Notes: generated by a model from the letters alone, not told the origin. A stretch of DNA of 64,000 bases from Promethearchaeota archaeon (GCA_048939995.1 JBHLOY010000003.1:397345-461344); one strand, 5' to 3'; positions 49,740 through 60,260 are shown, counted from the first letter of the stretch. Translations and numbers: made by a program.

Positions 49740-50582
49740 ATGAAAAAAACAAAATTGTCAATTTTAGCCGTAATTTCCTTAGCTTTGACTCTTTCATTTG
49801 TTCCCTCTGTAGTTCCTCAAGTTGGTACATATACATTTCATGGATCAGCAGGAAATGTTAAAATCTTGAAAGTCAATACGGTAAATAATGCTAGTTTGGC
49901 AAGTTTATTTGGAGATCCAACATGGCTTAGTGTTATTGGAGTTTTTGGGGCAGGTGCTGTTAATGTAGGTGCTAGATCAAAATCTTTAGTAACTGCTGTT
50001 AATTTTAGTGCAATCTATGATTCTGTATTTTATGGAGTATATGACGTAACTACATATAACACAAGTAATTGGGAATTTACAACTGGAGCATTCAATGCTA
50101 CACCTGATTCTGTAGGAGATATTGTAACTAGCTTTTATGATCCGACCAATTTATCTTATTTTATACACACATTATGGGGCGGATTCCCATATTTTGTCAA
50201 TGTAAATATTTCTCTACACACTGCTGGTGCTTATCTTGCACAACTTCCAACTCCAGTAGAACAATATTTAGGTGCTTTAATTTGGGAACCCAAATGGGAA
50301 AATATAGGAAATACTATTGTTCACCATGCAGAAGCACTTGATACCGCATTTTATTATGGATTCACTTATTTAGAAAATTGTACTGAAATATGGACCTATG
50401 ATACAACATATGGAGCATGGATTGGCTATAAGATCCTAGATTATGCTGATAATGTAATTTATGAATTCTCAATTGAGTTAGCAATTCCGGGTATTCCTGG
50501 TTTTGAACTTCCAATCTTTTTAGGGATTACAGGTATAACTTCCGTAGGAATAATTTATGTTGTAATGAAAAAGAAAAAATAA
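49740..50582 (+). CDS. Secreted surface protein with a Loki-CTERM/PGF-type C-terminal sorting signal
   Basis: Signal peptide; several N-x-S/T sequons; C-terminal IPGFELP + TM + KKKK. Confidence 0.85.
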   Translation: MKKTKLSILAVISLALTLSFVPSVVPQVGTYTFHGSAGNVKILKVNTVNNASLASLFGDPTWLSVIGVFGAGAVNVGARSKSLVTAVNFSAIYDSVFYGVYDVTTYNTSNWEFTTGAFNATPDSVGDIVTSFYDPTNLSYFIHTLWGGFPYFVNVNISLHTAGAYLAQLPTPVEQYLGALIWEPKWENIGNTIVHHAEALDTAFYYGFTYLENCTEIWTYDTTYGAWIGYKILDYADNVIYEFSIELAIPGIPGFELPIFLGITGITSVGIIYVVMKKKK

Positions 50583-50693
50583 CATTAAAATTCCTTTTTT
50601 TTTTAAATTTTATTTGTAAGAAAATTAGTTTCTTCAAATTTTTGATTACAAATAATACATTGATTATAGATTTAGCATGAAAAAGATGGAAGA

Positions 50694-51230
50694 TCATATT
50701 TGAAACATCCTGTATTTAACAATATTAAATAATAATATTCCAAGAATTGATAAAACTACTTCAGAAATTAGCACTTGAATGAAACTCAACGGAATTGGTA
50801 ATCCAAATGCAAAATTGAGTACAGTAGCAACATATAATGAGATTATAGCAGAATAGATTATTCCTCCCAGATATTTTAACAATTTCATATTTCTTAGTAA
50901 TACAATGCAATAGAGTGCAGGAATGTTGACAAAGACACTTATTAGATCAATCGGTCCTAGTGGTGAGGTTAGATTAACAAAAAAAACTCCAATTACCTTT
51001 CCAATCAAGCCTTCCCAAGGGAATATTATGCACATTCCAACCATTAGTTCTGCAACACGAAATTGGATTCCATAAAAGCTAATTGGTTGGAATATATATC
51101 CCAATGTAATATATAAAGATGCTGTTATAGCTGTTATGGCAACACGAATACTCAATTTGTTTTGATCAATGCTAATGCTTTCTTTTTCCTCTTCATTTGA
51201 TTCCATCCTTACATTCACACATTTTTGCAT
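50694..51230 (-). CDS. queT: QueT-family (7-deazaguanine precursor) transporter
   Basis: AITASLYITL...PISFYGIQFRVAE, G..IG.FFVNLTSPLGPID. The start is probably the second Met (51206). Confidence 0.8.
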   Translation of the reverse strand: MQKCVNVRMESNEEEKESISIDQNKLSIRVAITAITASLYITLGYIFQPISFYGIQFRVAELMVGMCIIFPWEGLIGKVIGVFFVNLTSPLGPIDLISVFVNIPALYCIVLLRNMKLLKYLGGIIYSAIISLYVATVLNFAFGLPIPLSFIQVLISEVVLSILGILLFNIVKYRMFQI

Positions 51231-51425
51231 TTATGAAATAATATTAAATTTCTATCTTTCCTGCTTTTTAAAATGTTCTCTTAGTATATTATTAAGAATG
51301 TAAGAATTGAATTTTATAAACATAATTTAGTAATTTGAATATGGTTTCGCTTTTACTAGAACGTATAATTTTAAAAACTCAGAATAGTATTTGATATTCA
51401 AGTATACTTTTAAATGAAATGGTGA

Positions 51426-54400
51426 ATGTATGTGTTGAATTTAAAAAAAAGAATGTTATATTCAATTTTTTTAATCTTTCTTATTTTATTACCTGGATCC
51501 ACTAACGTGCTTTTTACTTTAAATTCATGTAATTTTCATCCAATTGAAGAAAGTTATTTAAACTCTCAACAAGTCAATCGTACTGGAAAAGTTTTTACAA
51601 ATATTACACAAACAAGCGCAGATTGTTATATCTACAAAAGAAATCCGAGTCTTAATATTCAACCTAAAGTCTATATTCCAGATTATAACATATCCTACGC
51701 AAAAATGTCTTTTGAAAACATTCGAGCAATAAATTATACAAAAATTATTGAGCAAAATCCCACAGAAGTCATTTATAGTTCAGAAAGTGAACCGTTATAT
51801 ATATATCAAAAATTCTTCGTTGAACTTAGTCAATATGTCAATAATGTGAGTATTTTTATTCAAGATATCATAAATACCTATAATTATTCGGAAGATAATT
51901 CATGGGAAGTTGCTATTGTTAATTGTACAAGCGAAGGTACACCAAATAAAGAAACTCTTGGTGCTCTACTTAATCCTCACCCTTTAAATATAGCAGCACA
52001 TTGGGAGGTTTTTGATTTTTTAAACTCAGAAATAGGACCAATTTTCTTGAATATATCAAACACTTATCATACAATAGAAAATGGAATTGATAAATATTGG
52101 TTTGCTTTTAGAATAAAAATTCCTCCTGATGATACACTATATGGAGGTGGTCCAAAATTCCTTTATTTCAATCCAGATCAAGAGGATAGTGATCAAGGTG
52201 ATACTTATTTATTCTATAACACTGTTTTTATTGAAAATTTTACTGTAAATGATGTTAAAGAAATAATAGGTATCATAAATGGTACAAATACAGAGGGAGA
52301 TTTATTATCCTTTAGAGAATTTGATGAAGATAGATATAATTGTTTGGTTAATACAAATAATTTAACATTAGATCTAAAATTTCAAATTCAAAATTTAGCA
52401 TCAGGAATCTTAAATGAGACAATTGTAAACTTCTTCATAGCTTTTCCAGGACTTTGGCAATTAGTTCACACTGCCTTCTTAAATAGCATAGATTTCTATT
52501 TAGTTACGAATGTAAGTAACATTATCGACATAAATACAGCTAATCTTTTTATGAAAAATTATAGTAGTAATGAATGGGTGGATATGTCTGAAAAAATTGA
52601 TCTTATGCAGGAAAATGAAACGCTTTTGAGTTATAAAATAAGTGATCCACTTGAAAAACTTTACTTTCTTAAATTTTTCATAAATTATAGTAATAATAAT
52701 TCAATGGAATTTCGATTCCAATATATAGGAGTAGGGACATTTGATATATCTTATAATTTATTCAAAGTTAATTTTGGAGAAAGACTTCAAATAAATAACA
52801 CCATACTACCGTACGATCCATTAATTCAAGATTTAATCTCTCCCATAGAAATAAATTTAAATGCACTAAATGGGACTATAATCAGTGAAAATAACTTGCA
52901 TTTATTAAAATTAAATGATGATAAATTTTTTGAAGCCCAAGCTAGCTCCAATAATCTTTCATTAGAATTTAAGTTTAATATTTTGCCAGACGTTGAAAAT
53001 CCTTTCTGGGAGGTTGATATGCTTGACTGGGAGGATATTTTCACAGCACCAATTTATCCTTATCCCTACTTACCTCAGATTGATTTTAGAATTAGTTCAA
53101 ATGTAAGTATAGCAACGCAAGATGATTTAGATCTTGCGATAATCGAGATATATAAGGGGAACCGTAATTACACTTTTCTATCTCCAGAAGAAAATGAACG
53201 AGAATGGTTAGTCATAACAGAAGATAATAAAACATTAGCAAATAGATACGAAACCACTCAAGAAAGTTCTCTAAATTCTCTTTATACTTGGATAGCTTTA
53301 CAGTTAATAAATTCTAGCGATCAAAATTCTATACGGATGAGATTAAGATATTTAGGAGCTACTGGATTTGAGAATTTTAATGTCTCCGTCGATGAATTCA
53401 CTTTAAATTTATATATTCAAAATATAATAACTTCAGATATTGCTTCTAAAATTGGACTAGGATTGAAAAACAATGAAATAAAGGCATCAGATATTAATTT
53501 ACAAAATTTTGGTACTGATGTACAGGACCTCGGTGTAGGTAGGGGATACTGGGAGGGAGACATTGATAGAGGACAACCTACTCTAGGATTTTTTGAATTT
53601 AATGTGAGCTCACTATGGAATATTCTTAGGTTTGATGTAAATGGAACATATGAGGTGTATAAGGTTCAAGTAGTAGTAGACTTCTTAGAATTACCTATTA
53701 ATCAATATATGACAGGTAGTCAACCATTTTCAGTTAGAGTAACTACTTTTACAGGTAGACCAATAGAAAATTTGAATATAATTTTTGAACTCTTGGATTT
53801 AAATTCTGTTGTTAAATCAGAGGCCAGTGCTATCACAAATAACGAGGGGATTACATCGACCAGTTTACAATTTTCAGAAACAGGGGATTCCTACTCAATT
53901 AGGGTTCGATTTGATGGAGAAGGAATATATATGGATTATGAAATCGTATCAAGTAATTTTAGAATTGTTGATGATTTCATTATATTTATGGATACTTTCT
54001 TTCAATTACTTCCGTATTTATTAGCTATAGTTGGGGCGATATTTATTTTTGTAATGGTTAGGTTTCAAAGGCATAAGAAATTTAAAAGAATTTGGGCTAA
54101 TGAGGCAAAAATTTTGGATGATCTTATTAACATTTCTTATATAATGATTATCCATAAAGATGTTGGAGTCTCAATATTTAATAAACAAATTTCATTAGAT
54201 GCAATTGAACCAGATTTAGTTTCGGGCTTTCTCCAGGCGATTTCCCAATTTCGAAAAGAACTCAGTAAAACACCAACCGGCAAAAGTAAAGGATTTGAGA
54301 TGGATTACTATGACTTTAGAATAGTTATAACAGATGGAGATCATATAAGGGTAGCTTTAATTCTAGAAAGATCTCCTTCAGATCAGTTAAAAGAGAACCA

Positions 54401-54749
54401 AACAGCTTTTACAACTGCATTTGAAACTAAATATCAATCTTATTTAGAAAGATTTGATGGGGATTTATCACCCTTTCAAGACGCTGATTCTTTAATAGAG
54501 AAATATTTTAATATCTCATTAATGTATCCTCTCCAAGTAGCTAGTTTTAAAGATGTGTTTAAATTAAAAGCGTTAGAAAAAACTCTTATAGAAGTGGCAG
54601 AACAAATTCAAAAAGAGAAAAAGTTTTTTTTTGTATCAAGCCTATTAAGCTTTGGTTTAGCAGGAAGAAAAGAATCAAGAGATCAAATAATAAGTGCAAT
54701 TCTATCACTAAAAAATAAAGGAATACTCAAACCTGCTGATGTAAAATAA
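51426..54749 (+). CDS. Large single-pass membrane protein: glycosylated extracellular repeats plus a cytoplasmic longin-like and helical domain
   Basis: Signal/TM at the N-terminus, many NxS/T sequons, TM LLPYLLAIVGAIFIFVMV, then YIMIIHKDVGVSIF...PDLVSGFLQAISQF...FDGDLSPF...IEKYF. Confidence 0.8.
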   Translation: MYVLNLKKRMLYSIFLIFLILLPGSTNVLFTLNSCNFHPIEESYLNSQQVNRTGKVFTNITQTSADCYIYKRNPSLNIQPKVYIPDYNISYAKMSFENIRAINYTKIIEQNPTEVIYSSESEPLYIYQKFFVELSQYVNNVSIFIQDIINTYNYSEDNSWEVAIVNCTSEGTPNKETLGALLNPHPLNIAAHWEVFDFLNSEIGPIFLNISNTYHTIENGIDKYWFAFRIKIPPDDTLYGGGPKFLYFNPDQEDSDQGDTYLFYNTVFIENFTVNDVKEIIGIINGTNTEGDLLSFREFDEDRYNCLVNTNNLTLDLKFQIQNLASGILNETIVNFFIAFPGLWQLVHTAFLNSIDFYLVTNVSNIIDINTANLFMKNYSSNEWVDMSEKIDLMQENETLLSYKISDPLEKLYFLKFFINYSNNNSMEFRFQYIGVGTFDISYNLFKVNFGERLQINNTILPYDPLIQDLISPIEINLNALNGTIISENNLHLLKLNDDKFFEAQASSNNLSLEFKFNILPDVENPFWEVDMLDWEDIFTAPIYPYPYLPQIDFRISSNVSIATQDDLDLAIIEIYKGNRNYTFLSPEENEREWLVITEDNKTLANRYETTQESSLNSLYTWIALQLINSSDQNSIRMRLRYLGATGFENFNVSVDEFTLNLYIQNIITSDIASKIGLGLKNNEIKASDINLQNFGTDVQDLGVGRGYWEGDIDRGQPTLGFFEFNVSSLWNILRFDVNGTYEVYKVQVVVDFLELPINQYMTGSQPFSVRVTTFTGRPIENLNIIFELLDLNSVVKSEASAITNNEGITSTSLQFSETGDSYSIRVRFDGEGIYMDYEIVSSNFRIVDDFIIFMDTFFQLLPYLLAIVGAIFIFVMVRFQRHKKFKRIWANEAKILDDLINISYIMIIHKDVGVSIFNKQISLDAIEPDLVSGFLQAISQFRKELSKTPTGKSKGFEMDYYDFRIVITDGDHIRVALILERSPSDQLKENQTAFTTAFETKYQSYLERFDGDLSPFQDADSLIEKYFNISLMYPLQVASFKDVFKLKALEKTLIEVAEQIQKEKKFFFVSSLLSFGLAGRKESRDQIISAILSLKNKGILKPADVK

Positions 54750-54815
54750 TTAAATCTTATTTTTTTTAAATTTTAAAATATTCTTAGTAATTACGATAAT
54801 ACGAGGTTCATTAGA

Positions 54816-56129
54816 ATAAATAATTCTACAATTAAAGTAATTTTAAATTTAATTACTGAATTTCTTCTAGGAAAATCGCAAATTATTAATGAAAAAAATA
54901 GAGCTAATCCCCAAATTATTCATTATTACAGTGAAATTGTTCGATATTGGAACAAATTAAACTTTATTGCTAAAAAGACCCTTCGATCACTTCCAGAATC
55001 TGTTGATTTTGAATCTTATGGAATGGAAACGATACTTTACTCTACTTATCGTCTAATTTTTGAAAAGGCTTCTATTGAATCAGTTGTTAAGGAGTTGAAC
55101 CTACAAGATGATTTTATCTCTTTTTTAGAACAACTAAAAACCTTTTCATGGGAAATAGCTTTAAATAATAAAAGCAAAGTTGAAACTCTAAGTATCTTAG
55201 AAGCAATCCCAAATTTCTTTATTGAGCATTTAACTCCTGTAATGAATCTTAACTTTTTACAAAAAAATTTAAGATATATGAATCAGTTTTCTTATCAGAA
55301 GTCAATAACATTTAGGATTAATACATTGGCTTCTAATTATTCCTTATCTTCGTTAATTACTTCAGTAAAGAGAGATTTAAATAAAAGAAACATTAAAATT
55401 TCGAAAGATAAGCATATCCCTTATATTTTTCATACATCCATAAAAAACAAAGGAAAAATTCTCCTCAGTAGAAGTTACAAAAATGCTGATATAGTGCTTC
55501 ATGATAAAGCATCTTCAATAATAGTGGATTTATTAGCTCCAGTGCCAGAAGAAATGATTTTAGATATGTGTGCTGCTCCAGGTGTAAAGTCTAGTATAAT
55601 AGCACAAATGACAAACAATACAGCGAGAATCATTTGTAATGATTTTCATCAAACCAGATTGAAATCTACATTAAAATTTTTAGACTTTCTAAAGGTTTCA
55701 AATGTCTTCTTGTTGAATTCTGATGGAACAAATCTACCAGTTAAAAGAAATATAAAATTCGAGAAAATTTTGATAGACGCTCCTTGTACAGGAAGTGGGA
55801 CCTTCCTATTGAATCCTGAACTTAAATGGCGCCAAAATGAAAGATTTTTGAACCAAAACCTCTCAATTCAAGAAAAGCTCATAAAAACGGCATTAAAATA
55901 TTTAAAAGATAATGGAATATTAGTTTACTCTACTTGTAGTTTATATCCAGAGGAAGGAGAATTACAAATTATGAAATTTAAGGAATTATTAGAACCTTTA
56001 TCTATTCCAAAATGGTTTTCTCCAAGTTATAAAATTAATAATTATATTTTGGAAGGGGCTGGACGATTATTTCCAGCAATTCATAACACTCAAGGATTTT
56101 TTGTGGGTAGATTCAAAAAAAAAGAATAA
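54816..56129 (+). CDS. RsmB/NOP2/NSUN-family RNA m5C methyltransferase
   Basis: LDMCAAPGVKS, ILIDAPCTGSG, LVYSTCS..PEEGE, TQGFFV. The ORF track starts at 55023, but the frame is open from 54777 with a NusB-like segment; start uncertain. Confidence 0.88.
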   Translation: MNNSTIKVILNLITEFLLGKSQIINEKNRANPQIIHYYSEIVRYWNKLNFIAKKTLRSLPESVDFESYGMETILYSTYRLIFEKASIESVVKELNLQDDFISFLEQLKTFSWEIALNNKSKVETLSILEAIPNFFIEHLTPVMNLNFLQKNLRYMNQFSYQKSITFRINTLASNYSLSSLITSVKRDLNKRNIKISKDKHIPYIFHTSIKNKGKILLSRSYKNADIVLHDKASSIIVDLLAPVPEEMILDMCAAPGVKSSIIAQMTNNTARIICNDFHQTRLKSTLKFLDFLKVSNVFLLNSDGTNLPVKRNIKFEKILIDAPCTGSGTFLLNPELKWRQNERFLNQNLSIQEKLIKTALKYLKDNGILVYSTCSLYPEEGELQIMKFKELLEPLSIPKWFSPSYKINNYILEGAGRLFPAIHNTQGFFVGRFKKKE

Positions 56130-56169
56130 TAACATAAATTGATATAGATCTTTCAACTAGGTTTTTTCA

Positions 56170-56985
56170 ATGGAAAATAAAAAGACTCGATATTGGACTA
56201 TTAGTGAAATTGATGCCACTGGTGTGAGAGGCCCTCATGAAGTAGAACTTAGAAATATTAGCATTGCTAAGAATCATCACTTTATAAATATTAATCGTGA
56301 AAAACTCTTATATGTTGTAAAAGAAGATTTAAATGGAATAGTTGAGAATTTAGGACTGGAAGAGGATTGGACAGTTACAATCGAGATGTTTCCGCAAGTT
56401 AATATTCATTTGGTTTTTAATTATTTTGGTGATGAATTTGGTGGTGATATTGAAGCTGAATTTAAATTTCTATTTTCGGGTAAACATGTTAATATGGTTC
56501 CAGGGGAAGATAGTGCCACATTTATTGATATTATAATGGATTTCTTAGAAAGACGATTCAAAGAAGAGAAACCATTTGAAAAAAATTATGATAAGAAAAC
56601 AGACTTAATAGAAAAAGTTCTCTTGCAGAGATCGGAACCATTTTCATTATTAGACGAAAAAGATCGAGAAGACCTCGAAGCCTTTATCGGTGCCAAAGTA
56701 TGGCAAACCACAAATGGCTGGAAAATCAAGCGAGAACCTTTTCCTAAAATCTTCATTGAAATAACCTATGATAATCAAAAAGGTTTAGATATTTCTTTTA
56801 GTGGAGATAATTTATCGAAAAATATTGATAGTTATCATGCTGAATTAATTGGAATTTTTACAATTAATCACATCTTAAGATATATAACTATTAAAAATCA
56901 GAATAAAGAGTTACCAGATATTTGCTTTATGATGTTTTCTCGTTATTACACTAAAATTAAGAATTGGACTCATAGAACTAGATGA
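56170..56985 (+). CDS. Hypothetical protein with two DUF3786-like repeats
   Basis: WTVTIEMFPQVNIHLVF..FGDEF...FKFLFSG and WKIKREPFPKIFIEITY....LDISFSG. Confidence 0.55.
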   Translation: MENKKTRYWTISEIDATGVRGPHEVELRNISIAKNHHFININREKLLYVVKEDLNGIVENLGLEEDWTVTIEMFPQVNIHLVFNYFGDEFGGDIEAEFKFLFSGKHVNMVPGEDSATFIDIIMDFLERRFKEEKPFEKNYDKKTDLIEKVLLQRSEPFSLLDEKDREDLEAFIGAKVWQTTNGWKIKREPFPKIFIEITYDNQKGLDISFSGDNLSKNIDSYHAELIGIFTINHILRYITIKNQNKELPDICFMMFSRYYTKIKNWTHRTR

Positions 56986-57032
56986 GCAATTCATAATCGA
57001 TTTTGTTTTGAACTATAAGAAATTAATATCAA

Positions 57033-57590
57033 TTATATACTTGTCCAATAGACAGCTCTCCCTTTTCTATCGACACGCTTAATTCTATTACTATTTTCTA
57101 AATCTGACATAACTTTCCAAATTTGGGAATTACTTAATTTGAAATATCTTCTGAGTTCTGGCGTTGACATTTCATTTCCACTTAATAAATTTAATATTAA
57201 TCTCTTAACCTCTTCAATAGTATCTTCATCCGAACTCGTTGATTCTTCTTTAGAATTATCTTCATCAATCTCCATCTCACCTATTATCCTTTGGGCAATT
57301 TTGTTTAGTTGCTTTAAGTTATTTTCAATACCCTCAGGTTTCATGAATAAACAACATAATTCTAAATCTCTTGGAAAAGCTACGATATAAAAATTATCAT
57401 ATAAGATAGCTCGAGGTTTTTTTCCAGCATTACCGCCTCTAAAAGCAAGGTAAAAATTCATAGCGAAATCATCCAATTTCATGAATTCATTATCATTATT
57501 ATAGAATTTCGTCCACCGAGTGCAAGGCCCATCGATCATATCAAATCCAATAAGGGCTGCTCCAAATATTTCTTTTTCGTTAAAGTGCAA
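57033..57590 (-). CDS. uDENN/longin-like domain fused to a C-terminal winged HTH
   Basis: AALIGFDMIDGP N-terminal motif; acidic linker; ILNLLSGNEMSTPELRRYF.LSNSQIWKVMSDLE..NRIKR...GRAVYW. Confidence 0.65.
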   Translation of the reverse strand: MHFNEKEIFGAALIGFDMIDGPCTRWTKFYNNDNEFMKLDDFAMNFYLAFRGGNAGKKPRAILYDNFYIVAFPRDLELCCLFMKPEGIENNLKQLNKIAQRIIGEMEIDEDNSKEESTSSDEDTIEEVKRLILNLLSGNEMSTPELRRYFKLSNSQIWKVMSDLENSNRIKRVDRKGRAVYWTSI

Positions 57591-58116
57591 TTTCTTTCAT
57601 CCTCCTTTTAACTGAAATTTTTTCTAATTCTTTTTTTATGATATTTATAAGTTTAAGACGGTTATTTGGATTGATAGCAGTAAGACCATAGGTTTTTACA
57701 TGAAGTAGATCTTCAACTCTGGTTGGCTCCATTCTTCCATCATTTTTTATCAAATCTTGTTTATTAGCAAGGGCTATTATAGGAACATCTTTTTCAATAA
57801 AATGTGTAGCATAATTAATTAATTCGCGAGATCTTAGAACATTTCTTGGAGATGAATCTGTTACTATGAAAAGTATATCAGATCCCAACAAATGATCTCG
57901 GCTATAAGTTTTTAAATACGAATCTTGGCCCCCAAAGTCCCAAATTCGCACAACATAATCATCACACTTAACAGTTTTCAAATCAAATCCATGGGTCGGT
58001 AAATAAAGCCTATCTATTATATTTTTAGACAGTAATTTTAAGATGGTCGTTTTACCTACAGCAGGTAGACCTATTAGTGAAACTTTAAATAGGTTGTGTA
58101 ATTCTGAACTTAGCAT
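57580..58116 (-). CDS. Small Ras-superfamily GTPase (Arf/Rab-like)
   Basis: G1 GLPAVGKT, switch I YLPT.G, G3 WDFGGQ, G4 NKQD. Confidence 0.92.
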   Translation of the reverse strand: MLSSELHNLFKVSLIGLPAVGKTTILKLLSKNIIDRLYLPTHGFDLKTVKCDDYVVRIWDFGGQDSYLKTYSRDHLLGSDILFIVTDSSPRNVLRSRELINYATHFIEKDVPIIALANKQDLIKNDGRMEPTRVEDLLHVKTYGLTAINPNNRLKLINIIKKELEKISVKRRMKEIAL

Positions 58117-58216
58117 CGTTTAATTCATAAAAAAGAATTTATTTACACTAAAAAGAACCCACATTTTATATCAATCTGGATAATATCTACATATTATGTT
58201 AAAGGAAGAGTATTAC

Positions 58217-60133
58217 TCAGAATATATCTCCAAAAGTAATATTATAATAAAATAATAGTATTAATAATGAGAAAAATGTAGGTAATATCAGACTATAAGT
58301 AAGTAATTTTTGAGATACCTTAATACATTCTTGAAGTGTATCCATAATTGTATCAAAATATTTAGGGTCTCCCCATATCTTTACATTATCTACTTCTGAG
58401 CTGTAATAGCTGAATTCGACGTTAGTTAAGCTCTTTTCTGCTTTTGGGATTAAATCTTCTAATTTACGTAAAATGAAATCGAGTTTTATTTTTTCACCAA
58501 TAGGAGAATACCCTCTACTTGTAAATTGTCTAGCAACAGTATGAGAATCTGAAGTAGTAACTTCACCATATTCTATGCCACGATTTTGTAACATATTTAA
58601 AATAAATGATCTAATATCTGCATAAGCATTGTTCCCATCAAAATGGACCAATATAGTTTTTTGGTTAGTGATTGTGTTTACGAAAAGATGGACTACTAAA
58701 CCTCCAGTACCAATTCCATCGCGTTCCGAAAAATCCTTTAATAAATCTTTAGCCACACCATATTTGATAGGACTTAACTCAGTGTTTTGGGTCTTCTTGA
58801 GGGAAGTTAAGAAATTTTTACTAACATTTATCAAATCCCTTCCTTCAATAGAATCTTTTTTAACTGGCATCTCATCACCAATTATCGAATTATGAGAATC
58901 GATTATAATTACTTCCTGATATCCAAAAGACTGAGCAATTTTCCTAATGCTTTCTCCGATGTCGGCTTGAATATCATCTGAAGGTAAAGGATGTCTAGTA
59001 AGAAACATAATAGGAATATCTCCTATTTCCGTTCCTATTAATTTAGCGGAATTTTGCATCTTTCTAGATAAATTTTTAATTCCTTTTACCCAATTGATGT
59101 TCTCACCAGTTTCAATATGTTTCACATCAGAGGATATTCTAGTTAGAATTTTTTCAAGTTCCTCATGAGTTGTTAGATTTCGGCTATGATCATTGGTAGT
59201 GTGATAAACTGTTATACCAGGAATATTATTAAAAGAAGTATAAATCCGGGAAGGCAAATCTGAGGATCCGCACGTCTTGAAAGGCCCAAAATGTACATCA
59301 GGTATAATGTATAAGCCCTTGATTTTTTTTGATTTTACTGTTCGAATTGCCAAATACTGAATTTTTACCTTCGACTCAATACCCACCCTTTCAAAAAAAC
59401 TTTCAACTAGCTCATCATTATCCTTTGTCATCATAGATAATACGAAAGCTCTAATAAAAGGATATCCGCCTATCCCCGCCACTTTTTTATATATATTACT
59501 CACTGTTGACATTTCTCTCGCGTAGGGTATAACAAAGATTACTGCACATGAGCTAAAAAAAATTATAGCTCTTAAAAAAAAAGTCCAGGATACTTGGGCT
59601 GCTAAAAAGCTATACAGAATGATGCCAATTATTGGTTGGACCAAGGCTAAAATTAAATTCCCGTATTTTCCAATAGTAGTAAAAGAATAATAAATTACAT
59701 ACCCTATAATATAGGAAATAACTGCGCCTAGTATAAAGAACATTTCTAAAAAGGTAACATTATTAAGAAAAAGCGCCAAAATAGCACCAATTAGAAATGA
59801 AATTCCTAAAATACCTCCTAAAAAAGCATTTACTTGTAAAGCCCAACCGTTAGGAGGTAGCTTTAATATTGGAGATCTTTTAGAATAATAAAAAACTGTT
59901 ACTAAAACTCCTATTCCAGAAATGGTTAAAAAAATAAAAATTACAAAAAAAAAGTAATAAAAATTCCAAATTCCTGTAAAAATTGAATTTAATATAAATG
60001 AAATGATACCTATTAGAATTGGTATAATGAAAAAAAGAGAAATAGCTAATCGCTTAGAACTAAAAAAATCCATATAGGAAATAATTCCCGGTATCTGACG
60101 AGAGGGGGCTTTTTCTGTTACCATATAAGACAA
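58217..60133 (-). CDS. DUF2070-family membrane protein
   Basis: N-terminal TMs; PDVHFGPF..CGSSDLP, H..DHSRN, IDSHNS, DGNN, TTSDSH. Confidence 0.88.
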   Translation of the reverse strand: MSYMVTEKAPSRQIPGIISYMDFFSSKRLAISLFFIIPILIGIISFILNSIFTGIWNFYYFFFVIFIFLTISGIGVLVTVFYYSKRSPILKLPPNGWALQVNAFLGGILGISFLIGAILALFLNNVTFLEMFFILGAVISYIIGYVIYYSFTTIGKYGNLILALVQPIIGIILYSFLAAQVSWTFFLRAIIFFSSCAVIFVIPYAREMSTVSNIYKKVAGIGGYPFIRAFVLSMMTKDNDELVESFFERVGIESKVKIQYLAIRTVKSKKIKGLYIIPDVHFGPFKTCGSSDLPSRIYTSFNNIPGITVYHTTNDHSRNLTTHEELEKILTRISSDVKHIETGENINWVKGIKNLSRKMQNSAKLIGTEIGDIPIMFLTRHPLPSDDIQADIGESIRKIAQSFGYQEVIIIDSHNSIIGDEMPVKKDSIEGRDLINVSKNFLTSLKKTQNTELSPIKYGVAKDLLKDFSERDGIGTGGLVVHLFVNTITNQKTILVHFDGNNAYADIRSFILNMLQNRGIEYGEVTTSDSHTVARQFTSRGYSPIGEKIKLDFILRKLEDLIPKAEKSLTNVEFSYYSSEVDNVKIWGDPKYFDTIMDTLQECIKVSQKLLTYSLILPTFFSLLILLFYYNITFGDIF

Positions 60134-60260
60134 TTAATAGATTGATTCTTCAAAATAAATTTGTTTCTATTAGCACATAATTAAATAACTTAAATTCAAA
60201 TTAGTTTAATTATCTTTTTCATTTAAAAAATTATAAATATTTGCAAAAATAATAGACATT

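Noticed and set aside
51330-51370. GTTCTAG motif upstream of queT resembling a preQ1-I riboswitch loop
   Set aside because: No closing P1 stem or properly placed A-rich tail; it probably lies upstream of the promoter.
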